Of a DNA stretch of 64,000 nucleotides, positions 52,761-61,947 are shown in pieces. The notes beneath the pieces are model-generated. The model saw only the letters and a program-made list of their open reading frames with translations. It was not told the DNA's origin and ran no database searches. Source of the DNA: an uncultured Candidatus Saccharibacteria bacterium (GTDB taxonomy: Bacteria > Patescibacteriota > Minisyncoccia > SW-4-49-11); contig CAZPCB010000001.1 of NCBI GenBank assembly GCA_964585065.1, forward strand, positions 162,866-226,865, given 5' to 3'. Every line of letters starts with the position of its first letter. The stretch's first letter is position 1. The position numbers and the translations under genes were made by a program.

Positions 52761-54704
52761 TTAAGGCAAAGGTCCTACTGGAATTGACTGATCAATCATA
52801 AATCCATACTGCAATGTATCATTTGTAACTACCCCAAGAGCTAACATTGCCTCTGGAGAAAGTCCAGATACACGATTCGTAAATATAGCCGGTCCTGATT
52901 CCATAATTGTAGCTACCAATTTTTTTCCATTGGCGGGATTTGTCACCAAAACCTTACGGCCTCTATGCCAATTTTTAGCGGTATTATTAAAATCTGTACT
53001 ACGAGTACGTCCTCTCCATTGATCAGTAGCATATTCATAAACCTCTTGTACTGTACTTCCTGAATTATGAGATTTAGGAGAAGCTGCTATAGATGGACTA
53101 TCTACACCTCGCTGAGATACAATTAGACTATTTCCATCTTTACCACTATATGCAATAATTTCTCCATTTATAATAATCCAACCCGTATTAGGATAATCTG
53201 ACACATTAGCAAGAGGTATTCTATTGGCAGAAGTATCTATATTTTGAGTAAGCGTACTCGTAGCCTCATACCATCTTACATAATTCCAACGCATAGTAAT
53301 ATAATATTTTTCTTCTTCTACTGAGAATGGAGCATAACTAGAATTGAGACTTCCTCCTGGACATGATAAAGCAAATGCCCCCCCACTTTTCAATAATCCA
53401 TTTTGGGCTGAAAGTGGCGTAGAGGCTCTTCCATAATGATCACCACTTGTTTCATTACAATCGCGGGCAAGATGCTGTTCACGAGCTGTTCTACCACTTG
53501 TAGCTGGGATAGCATATCCGTCTAAACTAGCGGCTTGAATATCTGAGAGAGCAGATCCCATAGCATTAGAATTAAATTCATCTTCAGATACTGCTGTTAC
53601 ATTAGCCCAATTATATCCCCGGGCGGCAAATATTTCGGGACTTGGGATACCTCGTTTCAATTCTCCTTCAATTACATATACCCCTCCGCCAAAAGATATT
53701 AAAGCACCATTTCTAAATCCAACTCTTCCTGCCTTTGTATATTGATTTATAACACTATCTGGTAATCTCAGTACGGAATCCCAACTATATCCTTGACTTG
53801 CAAAAATTTTAGGACTAGGAATATATTGTAAGCTCCCATCATTAGCTACGCGATATATAGGCCCAGCAGTACCGATGAGAGATCCTTCTACATATCGTTT
53901 TACTGTATTAAAGGCTCCAGATTCAGGAATAATAGATAATTCAAAATCTGTAGCTCGCTTTACTTGTCCCCAATTAAGTCCATAGCTCTCAAAAACTGCA
54001 GGAGAAGTAATAGGCTGCCGCACATTATTCTGCATCATAAATACTCCTGTAGCACTAGATATTAATAACCCATCGGGATAAAATTCATTAGCTCCTTGGG
54101 GATATGTATTCAGATATGCCTCTGAGACATCAATCAGAGATTCCCAACGATATCTTGCTTGAAATATAAGAGGACTAGGAATATATCTTCTCTGCCCATT
54201 TTTAATCACATACACTTCCCCTCCTGGTCTTACCAATAAACTTCCATTGGGATGTTTGGAAGCTGTAGTTAAGCCAGGTCCCTGAGGCTGAGGAGCAAGT
54301 TCCGCATCACTTACTGCAATTACATTAGACCATTTATACCCCTTTTGAAGAAAAGTACTCGGAGAATCAATAGGCAATCTCTGCCCATCAGAAATGACAT
54401 ATACCGAACCTCCGTTAGATAATAATGATCCATCTCTATATGTCATTTGTGGACCATTGGGCAATGCATCAATTTCCGTCTGAGTAGTAACTACCAAATC
54501 ATCCCATCTAAATTGAGACCGAAGCATATTAGGAGACTCAATAGGGCGCTTTTGTCCATTATCTATATAATAAACTTTGGGGTTATTAGTAGATTTTAAT
54601 AATATTCCATTAGGAAAGCTTGGGCTACTCGCATAACTCATTACTGGGAATACCCATATCACACATAAACTCAATACTAGACTATATGTTAATTTTTTAT
54701 TCAT
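52761..54704 (-). CDS. Secreted protein: ~6 N-terminal copies of the same repeat, a Cys-containing middle, and a C-terminal RlpA-like double-psi beta-barrel domain
   Basis: Signal peptide. KVLVTNPANGKKLVATIMESGPAIFTNRVSGLSPEAMLALGV resembles RlpA/3D-domain DPBB. Confidence 0.6.
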   Translation of the reverse strand: MNKKLTYSLVLSLCVIWVFPVMSYASSPSFPNGILLKSTNNPKVYYIDNGQKRPIESPNMLRSQFRWDDLVVTTQTEIDALPNGPQMTYRDGSLLSNGGSVYVISDGQRLPIDSPSTFLQKGYKWSNVIAVSDAELAPQPQGPGLTTASKHPNGSLLVRPGGEVYVIKNGQRRYIPSPLIFQARYRWESLIDVSEAYLNTYPQGANEFYPDGLLISSATGVFMMQNNVRQPITSPAVFESYGLNWGQVKRATDFELSIIPESGAFNTVKRYVEGSLIGTAGPIYRVANDGSLQYIPSPKIFASQGYSWDSVLRLPDSVINQYTKAGRVGFRNGALISFGGGVYVIEGELKRGIPSPEIFAARGYNWANVTAVSEDEFNSNAMGSALSDIQAASLDGYAIPATSGRTAREQHLARDCNETSGDHYGRASTPLSAQNGLLKSGGAFALSCPGGSLNSSYAPFSVEEEKYYITMRWNYVRWYEATSTLTQNIDTSANRIPLANVSDYPNTGWIIINGEIIAYSGKDGNSLIVSQRGVDSPSIAASPKSHNSGSTVQEVYEYATDQWRGRTRSTDFNNTAKNWHRGRKVLVTNPANGKKLVATIMESGPAIFTNRVSGLSPEAMLALGVVTNDTLQYGFMIDQSIPVGPLP

Positions 54705-54737
54705 ATTTTAATATAATATTATATATTTATATAATAT

Positions 54738-54770
54738 AGTATATCATAAAATTATATATTTTGATATACT
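54738..54770. promoter_or_regulatory. 9-bp inverted repeat AGTATATCA-N15-TGATATACT in divergent promoter region (operator-like)
   Basis: Exact palindromic arms at 54738-54746 and 54762-54770 between the divergently transcribed RlpA-like and nitroreductase genes. Confidence 0.4.
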
Positions 54771-54801
54771 ACAACTGCAATCAAATAATCATAAAACCAT
54801 A

Positions 54802-55422
54802 ATGAAATCTATATTAGAAGCCCTCAATTGGCGCTATGCCACAGACAAATTCCTAGATACTCCTATCCCAGAGGATATATTACATACCATTATAGAGGCA
54901 GCTCGTCTCGCCCCTTCATCTATGAATTTTCAACCATGGAAATATATCTCTATACAATCTCCAGAAATTCGTAATCAAATATTCGAAGCTGGAGGGAAAC
55001 AAGAAGCCATCAATGCTCCTACCCTACTAGTACTCACCATACCCAATATTCTCACTGCGGAAAACGTAAATAATGTTGTTCTGGCTGCTGCTAAAGCTCG
55101 GAATGCCGATCCAGCTACTCTTGATGGATATCGTAATATGCTACAAGGCTTTATAGATACAACTGAACCTAATAAATTCTTTGATTGGAGTCGTAGACAA
55201 GCCTATATTTCACTCGGGATGCTATTACTTGCTGCCGCTCAACTCGAAGTGGATGCCGCTCCTATGGAAGGTTTTGATGCCACGAAAGTAACCGAGATAT
55301 TAGGGCTCAAAGATTATACCGCCGTCACCCTGATTGGACTTGGCTACCGCAGCCCAGAAGATGATCATCAAAGCTGGCCAAAAGTCCGATTTGATATAGA
55401 GGAAATTTTAGAGGTGAGATAG
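54802..55422 (+). CDS. Nitroreductase family protein
   Basis: RLAPSSMNFQPWKYISIQ ... typical ~200-aa nitroreductase. Confidence 0.8.
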   Translation: MKSILEALNWRYATDKFLDTPIPEDILHTIIEAARLAPSSMNFQPWKYISIQSPEIRNQIFEAGGKQEAINAPTLLVLTIPNILTAENVNNVVLAAAKARNADPATLDGYRNMLQGFIDTTEPNKFFDWSRRQAYISLGMLLLAAAQLEVDAAPMEGFDATKVTEILGLKDYTAVTLIGLGYRSPEDDHQSWPKVRFDIEEILEVR

Positions 55423-55430
55423 AACCTAAA

Positions 55431-55480
55431 AAAGAAAGAGCTTGATAAGCTCTTTCTTTTGTTTATTTTGGCTGTGTTTT
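55431..55480 (+). terminator. Rho-independent terminator of the nitroreductase gene
   Basis: aaagaaagagctt-gata-agctctttcttt followed by tgtttatttt. Confidence 0.75.
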
Positions 55481-55656
55481 TTGGACGAAGTTCGAACTTT
55501 TTTTGAGCAAAAACCCCAATAAGGAAGCGGGCAGGCAAAAATTTCTTCCCCCCAAACCCCTTCCTTTGTTCCCGCCTGCTTGGGCTTCGCCCCCAAAACT
55601 TTTCGGCGGACGGAATTTGAGGCTGTGCCAATTTCATTGGCGCGCCGCCTAAAATT

Positions 55657-58600
55657 TTAAACTTGTTTCGTGCCTCGACAGTATGGAAATTTTGAACAAC
55701 CATAAAATTTTCCATATCTGCCTTTGCGCAAAATCATTTTTGATCCGCACTTAGGACAGGTCTTATCACTCGAAACTGCAGGGCTATCTTTAATATTATC
55801 ACTCACAGACTTTTCAACCAAGGTATAGCCCTTGCAATGACAGCAAAATCGTCCGTATCCAGTAATTAAGTCTGGGTCTCTAAAATCTTTGTATTCCCTT
55901 ATTTCTTTACATTTCGGGCATTCTTTCATCTCGCCATTTTGCAAACCCTCAATCGTTTCGTGAATGTGACTAATTACATTATTTTTTACAACACCATTTT
56001 TAATCAAGTTGCCGATTCTTTCATTAAGATTTGAAATCGGATCGTTGCCAATGTTGAATTTGTTTATTCGCAAAAATTTATATCCATAGCTTTCCAATAC
56101 TTTTTGTCTATAAACATCTCCGTCGGTGTAATAATCTTGGTAATTAAATTCGTTTACCTCATCAACATCTTTGAAGTGTTCCCTAAATCCGTCATATTCA
56201 ATTATGACTTTGTGTTCTTGGTGGGTCTCATCCTTGAAGACTAACAAAAAATCAACTTTATAATTCGGGTGGTTATATGTTTTATCAAACTGTTTCAAAT
56301 ATTTACCAAGCTCAAATTGTGGAATAAATTCTATATTGTCTTTATTTTTCTTCCAGAAGTCAGTTTGATAAAACCAGTTCATAACCTCTGGTTCCATTTT
56401 TGACTTCTCATCAGCTTCGCTAATGCTTCGTTCTTTTTTCGCTTCGTTCAAAATAAAAGAGTAATGCCTTATTGCCTCACCAATTGAGCCGTTGTATTTA
56501 TCAATCGGCTTACTTAAAACAAAGTTCATCGTTTCTTTGGCACGACTAAAGCCAACATTTAATCTCTGGGCTTTTATTTTTCCGTCTTCTTCAATATCAA
56601 CATCGTTCAAATCTTTAATGAAAACACCCCACAAATGATCATCTTCTTCTGTTGCAACCATTGAATAATATATAATATCCCTTTCTTCACCTTGGCAGGT
56701 GTCGAAAGTCATAATTTTTAATTTTAACTTGTCGTAAAAATAATCCTTTTCTGGAATTTTGCTTATTAACTCGACAAGCAATTTTTGCTGATTGGTGTGG
56801 GGTGTAATAATTCCAACACTTTGATTGCTATCAATTTCTTTTAATTTTTTCAGTTCGGAAATTATAAATTCAACTTCAAGCGTGTTGGTATTTTGTGCTA
56901 ATTCTTTTTTCCCGTCATGCTTAACAAAAGAAAACTTAATAACGTCGTCAATAGCTTTCCCTCTAATTTTCATCACTTGTAAGCTGTCTCGATAAAAATA
57001 TTTGTTAGAGTAGGAAATAATCTCTTTATACCCTCTAAAATGTTTTAGCAGTTGAGCGTTATAATTTGTTATAAATTCAAAAAACTCAAGAATAGAAGTT
57101 TTGATATTAAACTTCCCGAGTTTTACGAGGTTTATTCCTTCGCTTGAAACATTTTTAACAAAACAATCCCTGAGATTATTTAAATATTCTCTGTTTGTAT
57201 CGGTGCGAGCTTGAGCAGTTTTTACATTACTAAATTGTTTTTTGTCTCCAAGAATCAAAATCTTTTTTGCACGCAACAAAGCAGGAAATGCTTGGGCAAT
57301 GCTAACCTGCGAAGCCTCATCAATAATCACAAGGTCAAAAATCTCTGGCTCAAGCGGTATGTATTCCGCATAATCTCTTATTCCTGCCAATATACAAGGG
57401 AATGCTTCTTTAAGCTTCAAAAATTCATCTTTCGGGAATCTTTGTTTTGTTCGGATTATATCTCTTAGCGCTTTTGCAGTCGCTTTATTGTTTTGATAAA
57501 AATCAATCAATCGTCCGTCCAAAAGAAAAGTCATTTGAGCGGTAACAAGTGCCTCAATATTTTTCTTTTGACCAGCATAATTAAGTGTGGGAATACTATT
57601 AAAATCTTTCTCAACTTTCTGCTTCAAATTTATAAACCTGATCAATGTGTCAAAGTCGAGATCTGAAATTTTTACTAATTCATTTGAGCAAAAAGTTTTA
57701 AAAGAACCCAAATCAATTTTAAGTTTTTTTATTGTATTCGGGTATTTTGGCAAATTTGTATTTAAGAATTTTAAATCATCGCCAATTTGCATTAGGTTGT
57801 TTAATACACCTAAAAGCGAATCGTCATTTATTGTCTGATGAATAAATCTTAAATAATCAAAATTGATCTGATATTTTTCGTCCAATTTTGCCTTTAGTTC
57901 TTCGGCAAATTGATAAATTCCTAAAACTATTTTCAAATCCTCTAAATTTTTATGCGCTTCAATTTCCGAAGTTATGCTAAAAGATTTTTTAAATTCCTTG
58001 TCTAAATTTTCAATTTTTTCTTTTTTAAACGCATAGCCGAAAAGCCAATTTTTCTCTTTTTCGTAATTGCTTATAAAATCTCTTAATTTTTCTAACGAGG
58101 GCTCGTCAAAATTATCGAATGTTGACAATAGCACCAAATTATTGGTGTAAACTTCTTTAATTTTAGCAACAGAAGAAGAAAGGATATTTAATAACCACAA
58201 ATATTTTTGAAAGTTGGATATGTCTTTGAAGTCATTGATTGAAAAATTGAGCAATTCGAAAAGTTTTGCTTCTTTTTCTTTCTCGTCCTGATCAATAATA
58301 AGTTTATCTTTTAGCGACAAAAATATTTTTTTAAACTCTTCAAGCTCAATCGCTGATTCCGTTTGATTTAGAACCTCTTCAATTTCAACGGGGAAACCCT
58401 TATTTACATAATAGGATTCCAAGTCAAATAACTCGTGAATTTCTTTTAAATCAATTTCCTCATAAGCCAATATTTCGGCTTGTAAATCTTCCTTAAGTGT
58501 ATTGCCTGATTTTTCAATATTGCTCTCAAGTGTTCCATAATCTTTTTTAACGGCTCGATAATGCGTTTTAATATTTTCTACAGCTGTGGTTGCTAAGATT

Positions 58601-60237
58601 TGGCTGTATGTGCTTCCTGTTTTTCCGAGTCTCAAAATTGGATTTTGAAAATTTTTATCGAGGCGAACTTTATTCATTGTCTCGGTAATTTTTTCTTCTA
58701 CTACATCAAGGGCTTCTTTTTTATCTGACAAAACTAAAACTGATTGATTTTTCAGAATAGAATCAAAAACAATTGCGGTTATTGTATGACTTTTACCTGT
58801 TCCTGGGGGTCCCTCAACAGTTATGTATTTACAATCGTCTTTTCTAATCGCAGATAAAATTTGAAGTTGTTCGCTATTTAGCGGAATTGGACTATTGAAA
58901 ACTAAACGATCGCTTGTTTCAGTATCGTCCCATGATTCTTCAACGCTTGGATTAAAGGGCTGAGGATTTTTATGAATAAAATCCTCAATCAATTTATTGA
59001 AAGCTTCCCCCAAAACACTGTCGCCCGCCATGAGCAATTTTAATATTTCTTCGTAATCATTGACTAACGCCTCGTCTGATTTATCAAATAAAGCCAAGTA
59101 GCAATTATTTGAAGCTCTGACAAGAAGACTTTTTGCAATTTGTTGCTCGGAATTGTTTATATCTATGCTTTTATCAAGTTCAAACAAATTTGTTATTTCA
59201 CTCAATATTTCGCTGACCACATCTCTAAAATCGTTTTGATGTTGGGCTAAATAGATTATTCTTTCCGATATTATTTTTAAATTTCTCTTTTTACCTTTTT
59301 CTTGATTATATTCTTGAGTTATATACTCAAGAGCTTTTTTGTTTATATACACCTGCGAATCAAACTCAATTGTCAAAACTTCGTTTTGTTTTTCAATCCC
59401 AAATGGAATGTAAAAAATTGGGAATTTGGCATTATTGAAAGTTATATCGCAAAAATATAAATAAAATTCTTGTTTATCTAAAATGGTTCTGTTTCTCTCC
59501 ATTTCATATATTTCTGCGAACAAATCTCCGACTTGAAAACTTTCAAAGAATGAATGAATATTTAATTTGATGTCGGCAAGCTCAAAAACATCTTTCAATT
59601 GTTTTGAAATATCAACTTTTTCTTTTGCTAGCAAAAGTTTTACAACTTCAGAAATTTTGTTTTCCAGAGAGGAAGATAAAACTGCGGTTAGTTCTTCCTC
59701 CATTAAATAAATATTGTTTTCGTCACCAAGGTTTAAATTCTCTAAAGGTTTTTCAATATTGCTTACAAACGGCAAAACTAAATCTGTTTTTAGAATTTTG
59801 GCGGCAGCTTCAAGGGAAGTATTTAACGCTTGATCATATTCTTTTTTGTATAGAGTGGCTGATTTTTCTATTTCCTCGGCGATTTGTTCAAGGATTTTGG
59901 TAATTTGTTTGCTAGTTATTTTTTCCGTCTGCAATTTAACTAAATCCAATAAATTTTTGGGAATATTTGTCCTATAAACCCCTTTTGAAATTGTATTGAG
60001 AGTATTTTTATCAAATGCGTGGTCTATCGCTTTATTTACGAGATTATTAAAAGAAGGATATTTATTGAGATTTAATCCGACAAGCAAATTATTACTGCTC
60101 CTAAATTGAATAATTCTTTTTGGATTTTTTCTTTTATGGAAATCTGTTTCCAAGAAATCCATAAAATATTTGGCAACTTCTTTTATAAATACCAAACCAT
60201 TTTTATCTTCGATTTTAATATTTTCTTTAGTTGCCAT
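55657..60237 (-). CDS. 1526-aa multidomain protein: ~450-aa N-terminal region (DUF4011-like), Upf1/Dna2-like SF1 helicase, DUF559/Vsr-like PD-(D/E)XK endonuclease, zinc ribbon and topoisomerase-type C4 zinc finger
   Basis: Walker A VEGPPGTGKSHTITAIV. Motif II LVIIDEASQV...LILGDKKQ. Motif V/VI MTFDTCQGEERDIIYYS...NVGFSRAK. DUF559-like VDFLLVF...KVIIEYDGFREHF...LESYGYKFLRI. C-terminal CPKCGSKMILRKGRYGKFYGCSKFPYCRGT. Confidence 0.85.
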   Translation of the reverse strand: MATKENIKIEDKNGLVFIKEVAKYFMDFLETDFHKRKNPKRIIQFRSSNNLLVGLNLNKYPSFNNLVNKAIDHAFDKNTLNTISKGVYRTNIPKNLLDLVKLQTEKITSKQITKILEQIAEEIEKSATLYKKEYDQALNTSLEAAAKILKTDLVLPFVSNIEKPLENLNLGDENNIYLMEEELTAVLSSSLENKISEVVKLLLAKEKVDISKQLKDVFELADIKLNIHSFFESFQVGDLFAEIYEMERNRTILDKQEFYLYFCDITFNNAKFPIFYIPFGIEKQNEVLTIEFDSQVYINKKALEYITQEYNQEKGKKRNLKIISERIIYLAQHQNDFRDVVSEILSEITNLFELDKSIDINNSEQQIAKSLLVRASNNCYLALFDKSDEALVNDYEEILKLLMAGDSVLGEAFNKLIEDFIHKNPQPFNPSVEESWDDTETSDRLVFNSPIPLNSEQLQILSAIRKDDCKYITVEGPPGTGKSHTITAIVFDSILKNQSVLVLSDKKEALDVVEEKITETMNKVRLDKNFQNPILRLGKTGSTYSQILATTAVENIKTHYRAVKKDYGTLESNIEKSGNTLKEDLQAEILAYEEIDLKEIHELFDLESYYVNKGFPVEIEEVLNQTESAIELEEFKKIFLSLKDKLIIDQDEKEKEAKLFELLNFSINDFKDISNFQKYLWLLNILSSSVAKIKEVYTNNLVLLSTFDNFDEPSLEKLRDFISNYEKEKNWLFGYAFKKEKIENLDKEFKKSFSITSEIEAHKNLEDLKIVLGIYQFAEELKAKLDEKYQINFDYLRFIHQTINDDSLLGVLNNLMQIGDDLKFLNTNLPKYPNTIKKLKIDLGSFKTFCSNELVKISDLDFDTLIRFINLKQKVEKDFNSIPTLNYAGQKKNIEALVTAQMTFLLDGRLIDFYQNNKATAKALRDIIRTKQRFPKDEFLKLKEAFPCILAGIRDYAEYIPLEPEIFDLVIIDEASQVSIAQAFPALLRAKKILILGDKKQFSNVKTAQARTDTNREYLNNLRDCFVKNVSSEGINLVKLGKFNIKTSILEFFEFITNYNAQLLKHFRGYKEIISYSNKYFYRDSLQVMKIRGKAIDDVIKFSFVKHDGKKELAQNTNTLEVEFIISELKKLKEIDSNQSVGIITPHTNQQKLLVELISKIPEKDYFYDKLKLKIMTFDTCQGEERDIIYYSMVATEEDDHLWGVFIKDLNDVDIEEDGKIKAQRLNVGFSRAKETMNFVLSKPIDKYNGSIGEAIRHYSFILNEAKKERSISEADEKSKMEPEVMNWFYQTDFWKKNKDNIEFIPQFELGKYLKQFDKTYNHPNYKVDFLLVFKDETHQEHKVIIEYDGFREHFKDVDEVNEFNYQDYYTDGDVYRQKVLESYGYKFLRINKFNIGNDPISNLNERIGNLIKNGVVKNNVISHIHETIEGLQNGEMKECPKCKEIREYKDFRDPDLITGYGRFCCHCKGYTLVEKSVSDNIKDSPAVSSDKTCPKCGSKMILRKGRYGKFYGCSKFPYCRGTKQV

Positions 60238-60241
60238 ATTT

Positions 60242-60445
60242 CTACTTAATTAAATCATCAACACCAACTTCAAGCGCCTTGGCGATCTTAGTTAGTGTTT
60301 CAATAGTTGGGTTTGTATTTACTCCGTTTTCAACCTTAACAATGGTGTTAAGCGACAAATCGGCGAGGCGAGCAATCTTTTCGAGAGATAGCCCCTTTTT
60401 AGCCCGCAGTTTCTTTAAGTTTTCAGTAATTTTATTATTTGACAT
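60242..60445 (-). CDS. XRE-family helix-turn-helix transcriptional regulator (67 aa)
   Basis: LKKLRAKKGLSLEKIARLADLSLNTIVKVENG Cro/C1-type HTH. Stop 4 nt before the helicase start codon. Confidence 0.8.
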   Translation of the reverse strand: MSNNKITENLKKLRAKKGLSLEKIARLADLSLNTIVKVENGVNTNPTIETLTKIAKALEVGVDDLIK

Positions 60446-60583
60446 ATCTTTCGTAATTGTATAACATTATAGTATATAGAATATAATATAAAAGTTTTTT
60501 TGTTGATACTATAATGATAACGAATTTAATCAATTTTGTAAATGGATACTTAGGGAGTTCCTTAGCGTTGCCCGCGAATGGTT

Positions 60584-60610
60584 TGGCGGAGAGAAAGGGA
60601 TTACGAACCC
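60584..60610 (-). repeat. 26/27-nt direct repeat of the tRNA-Ser(GCT) 3' end (att-like), 150 bp downstream of the tRNA
   Basis: tggcggagagaaagggatt(a)cgaaccc at 60584-60610 versus 60761-60786. Intervening DNA carries hairpins ttgaaacc-gagt-ggtttcaa, gcaaat-ccc-atttgc, cgggaaac-ggga-gtttcccg and a T-arm-like palindrome ggattcgaatcc. Confidence 0.7.
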
Positions 60611-60760
60611 ATCGCAAATGGGATTTGCTCCTTGAAACCACTCGGTTTCAATACATCCTCCACGGGAAACTCCCGTTTCCCGACCCCTTCCCTGGATTCG
60701 AATCCCTTTTTACTAACTCCCAGAAATTAAAAACAGGGATATTATCCCTATTCTTAATTT

Positions 60761-60851
60761 TGGCGGAGAGAAAGGGATTCGAACCCTTGATAAGTTTTAC
60801 CCTATGCCACGTTAGCAGTGTGGTGCTTTCGACCAGCTCAGCCATCTCTCC
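60761..60851 (-). tRNA. tRNA-Ser (anticodon GCT), type II, CCA encoded
   Basis: rc: GGAGAGATGGCTGAGCTGGTCGAAAGCACCACACTGCTAACGTGGCATAGGGTAAAACTTATCAAGGGTTCGAATCCCTTTCTCTCCGCCA. Confidence 0.85.
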
Positions 60852-60988
60852 AGAATTAAATTAACTATTATAGTTTACCTAAATTTTGACAATTTTGCAA
60901 CTTATCGCATATACAAAGCTTTATCTCTAATCTAATATTAACCCTATTTCTCATGCTATAATAAAATAAATAGATAAAATAAAAAGTT

Positions 60989-61837
60989 GTGAATATATTT
61001 AAAGGAAGGAAAATAGTAATAGCGACAGCCCATAATAAAGAAGAGGTCATAGCCCCTCTACTTGAAGAAGCTTTGGGTGTGGAAGTTATTATCCCTAAGA
61101 ATTTTAATTCAGATAAATTTGGGACTTTTACCAGAGAGATAAAGAGAGCTGGAGATCAGCTAGAAGCTGCAAGAGCAAAAGTCTATGCCGCTATGGAGCA
61201 AGAAGGAGTAGATTTAGGAATAGCAAGCGAAGGGAGTTTTGGCTCAGATCCATCAACCCCATTCATACAATCTAATCTTGAATTAATATTATTTGTAGAT
61301 AAAAAGAATAAGTATGAAATTAAGGGACATTATAGAACTTCAAAAACAAATATGTCCGGAGTATATATCTCAAACATACAAGAAGCTTTAGACTTTGCCA
61401 AAAAAATTGGATTTCCTCAACATGGTATTATCGTGAGAAAAAGTGACAAAAATCATACTAAAATTACAAAAGATATTCATACTGAAGCTGATTTAAAAGA
61501 AAAAGTAACTCAATTACTTTCATCCCCTTTTACCAAAAAAGTTTTTCTCGAAACTGATATGCGAGCTCACAAGAATCCTACCCGTATGCAGGCCATTGAA
61601 CTTGCAACCAAAGATTTAATCAAAAATATTACATCTCGCTGTCCTCACTGCTCTGCATCTGGATTTGCTGTGATAAATTATGAAAAGGGACTACGCTGTG
61701 CACATTGTAAATTCCCTACAGATATCCCCCTTTATGATATATATCAATGTAATATATGTGGATATAAAGAAAAGGAATTAATTACCAAATATGGTGATTT
61801 TGCCAATCCTCAATATTGTGACATTTGTAATCCCTAA
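60989..61837 (+). CDS. Hypothetical protein with C-terminal double zinc ribbon
   Basis: 282 aa. CPHCSASG...CAHCKF and CNICGYKE...CDICNP. Confidence 0.45.
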   Translation: MNIFKGRKIVIATAHNKEEVIAPLLEEALGVEVIIPKNFNSDKFGTFTREIKRAGDQLEAARAKVYAAMEQEGVDLGIASEGSFGSDPSTPFIQSNLELILFVDKKNKYEIKGHYRTSKTNMSGVYISNIQEALDFAKKIGFPQHGIIVRKSDKNHTKITKDIHTEADLKEKVTQLLSSPFTKKVFLETDMRAHKNPTRMQAIELATKDLIKNITSRCPHCSASGFAVINYEKGLRCAHCKFPTDIPLYDIYQCNICGYKEKELITKYGDFANPQYCDICNP

Positions 61838-61947
61838 GTGAGAATGATAATTTACATTACAAAACAAATACAATACCACTATCCCCTATACTGATAAGAC
61901 AAGAGATTCTATTCATCGGTGTCATACACAGCTATACCATCATCATG

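Noticed and set aside
55480-55520. Second att-like repeat (ttcgaac core) at the far side of the helicase cassette
   Set aside because: Only a 7-nt TTCGAAC match to the tRNA T-loop within a palindrome aagttcgaactt, which is not significant.
55368-55715. 115-aa ORF across the GC-rich segment
   Set aside because: It overlaps the 3' ends of both convergent genes and the nitroreductase terminator, and its translation is low-complexity and basic. It is treated as noncoding.
60584-60760. tmRNA (ssrA) hypothesis for the structured region ending in a tRNA-like ...CCGCCA
   Set aside because: It is too short, the tRNA-Ser gene occupies the position where the 5' tRNA-like half and tag ORF would lie, and the 3' segment is an almost exact copy of tRNA-Ser rather than a tRNA-Ala-like acceptor.
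60435-60845. ORFs 60435-60641, 60514-60864, 60648-60845
   Set aside because: They overlap tRNA-Ser(GCT) and the hairpin-rich spacer, with no coding features.
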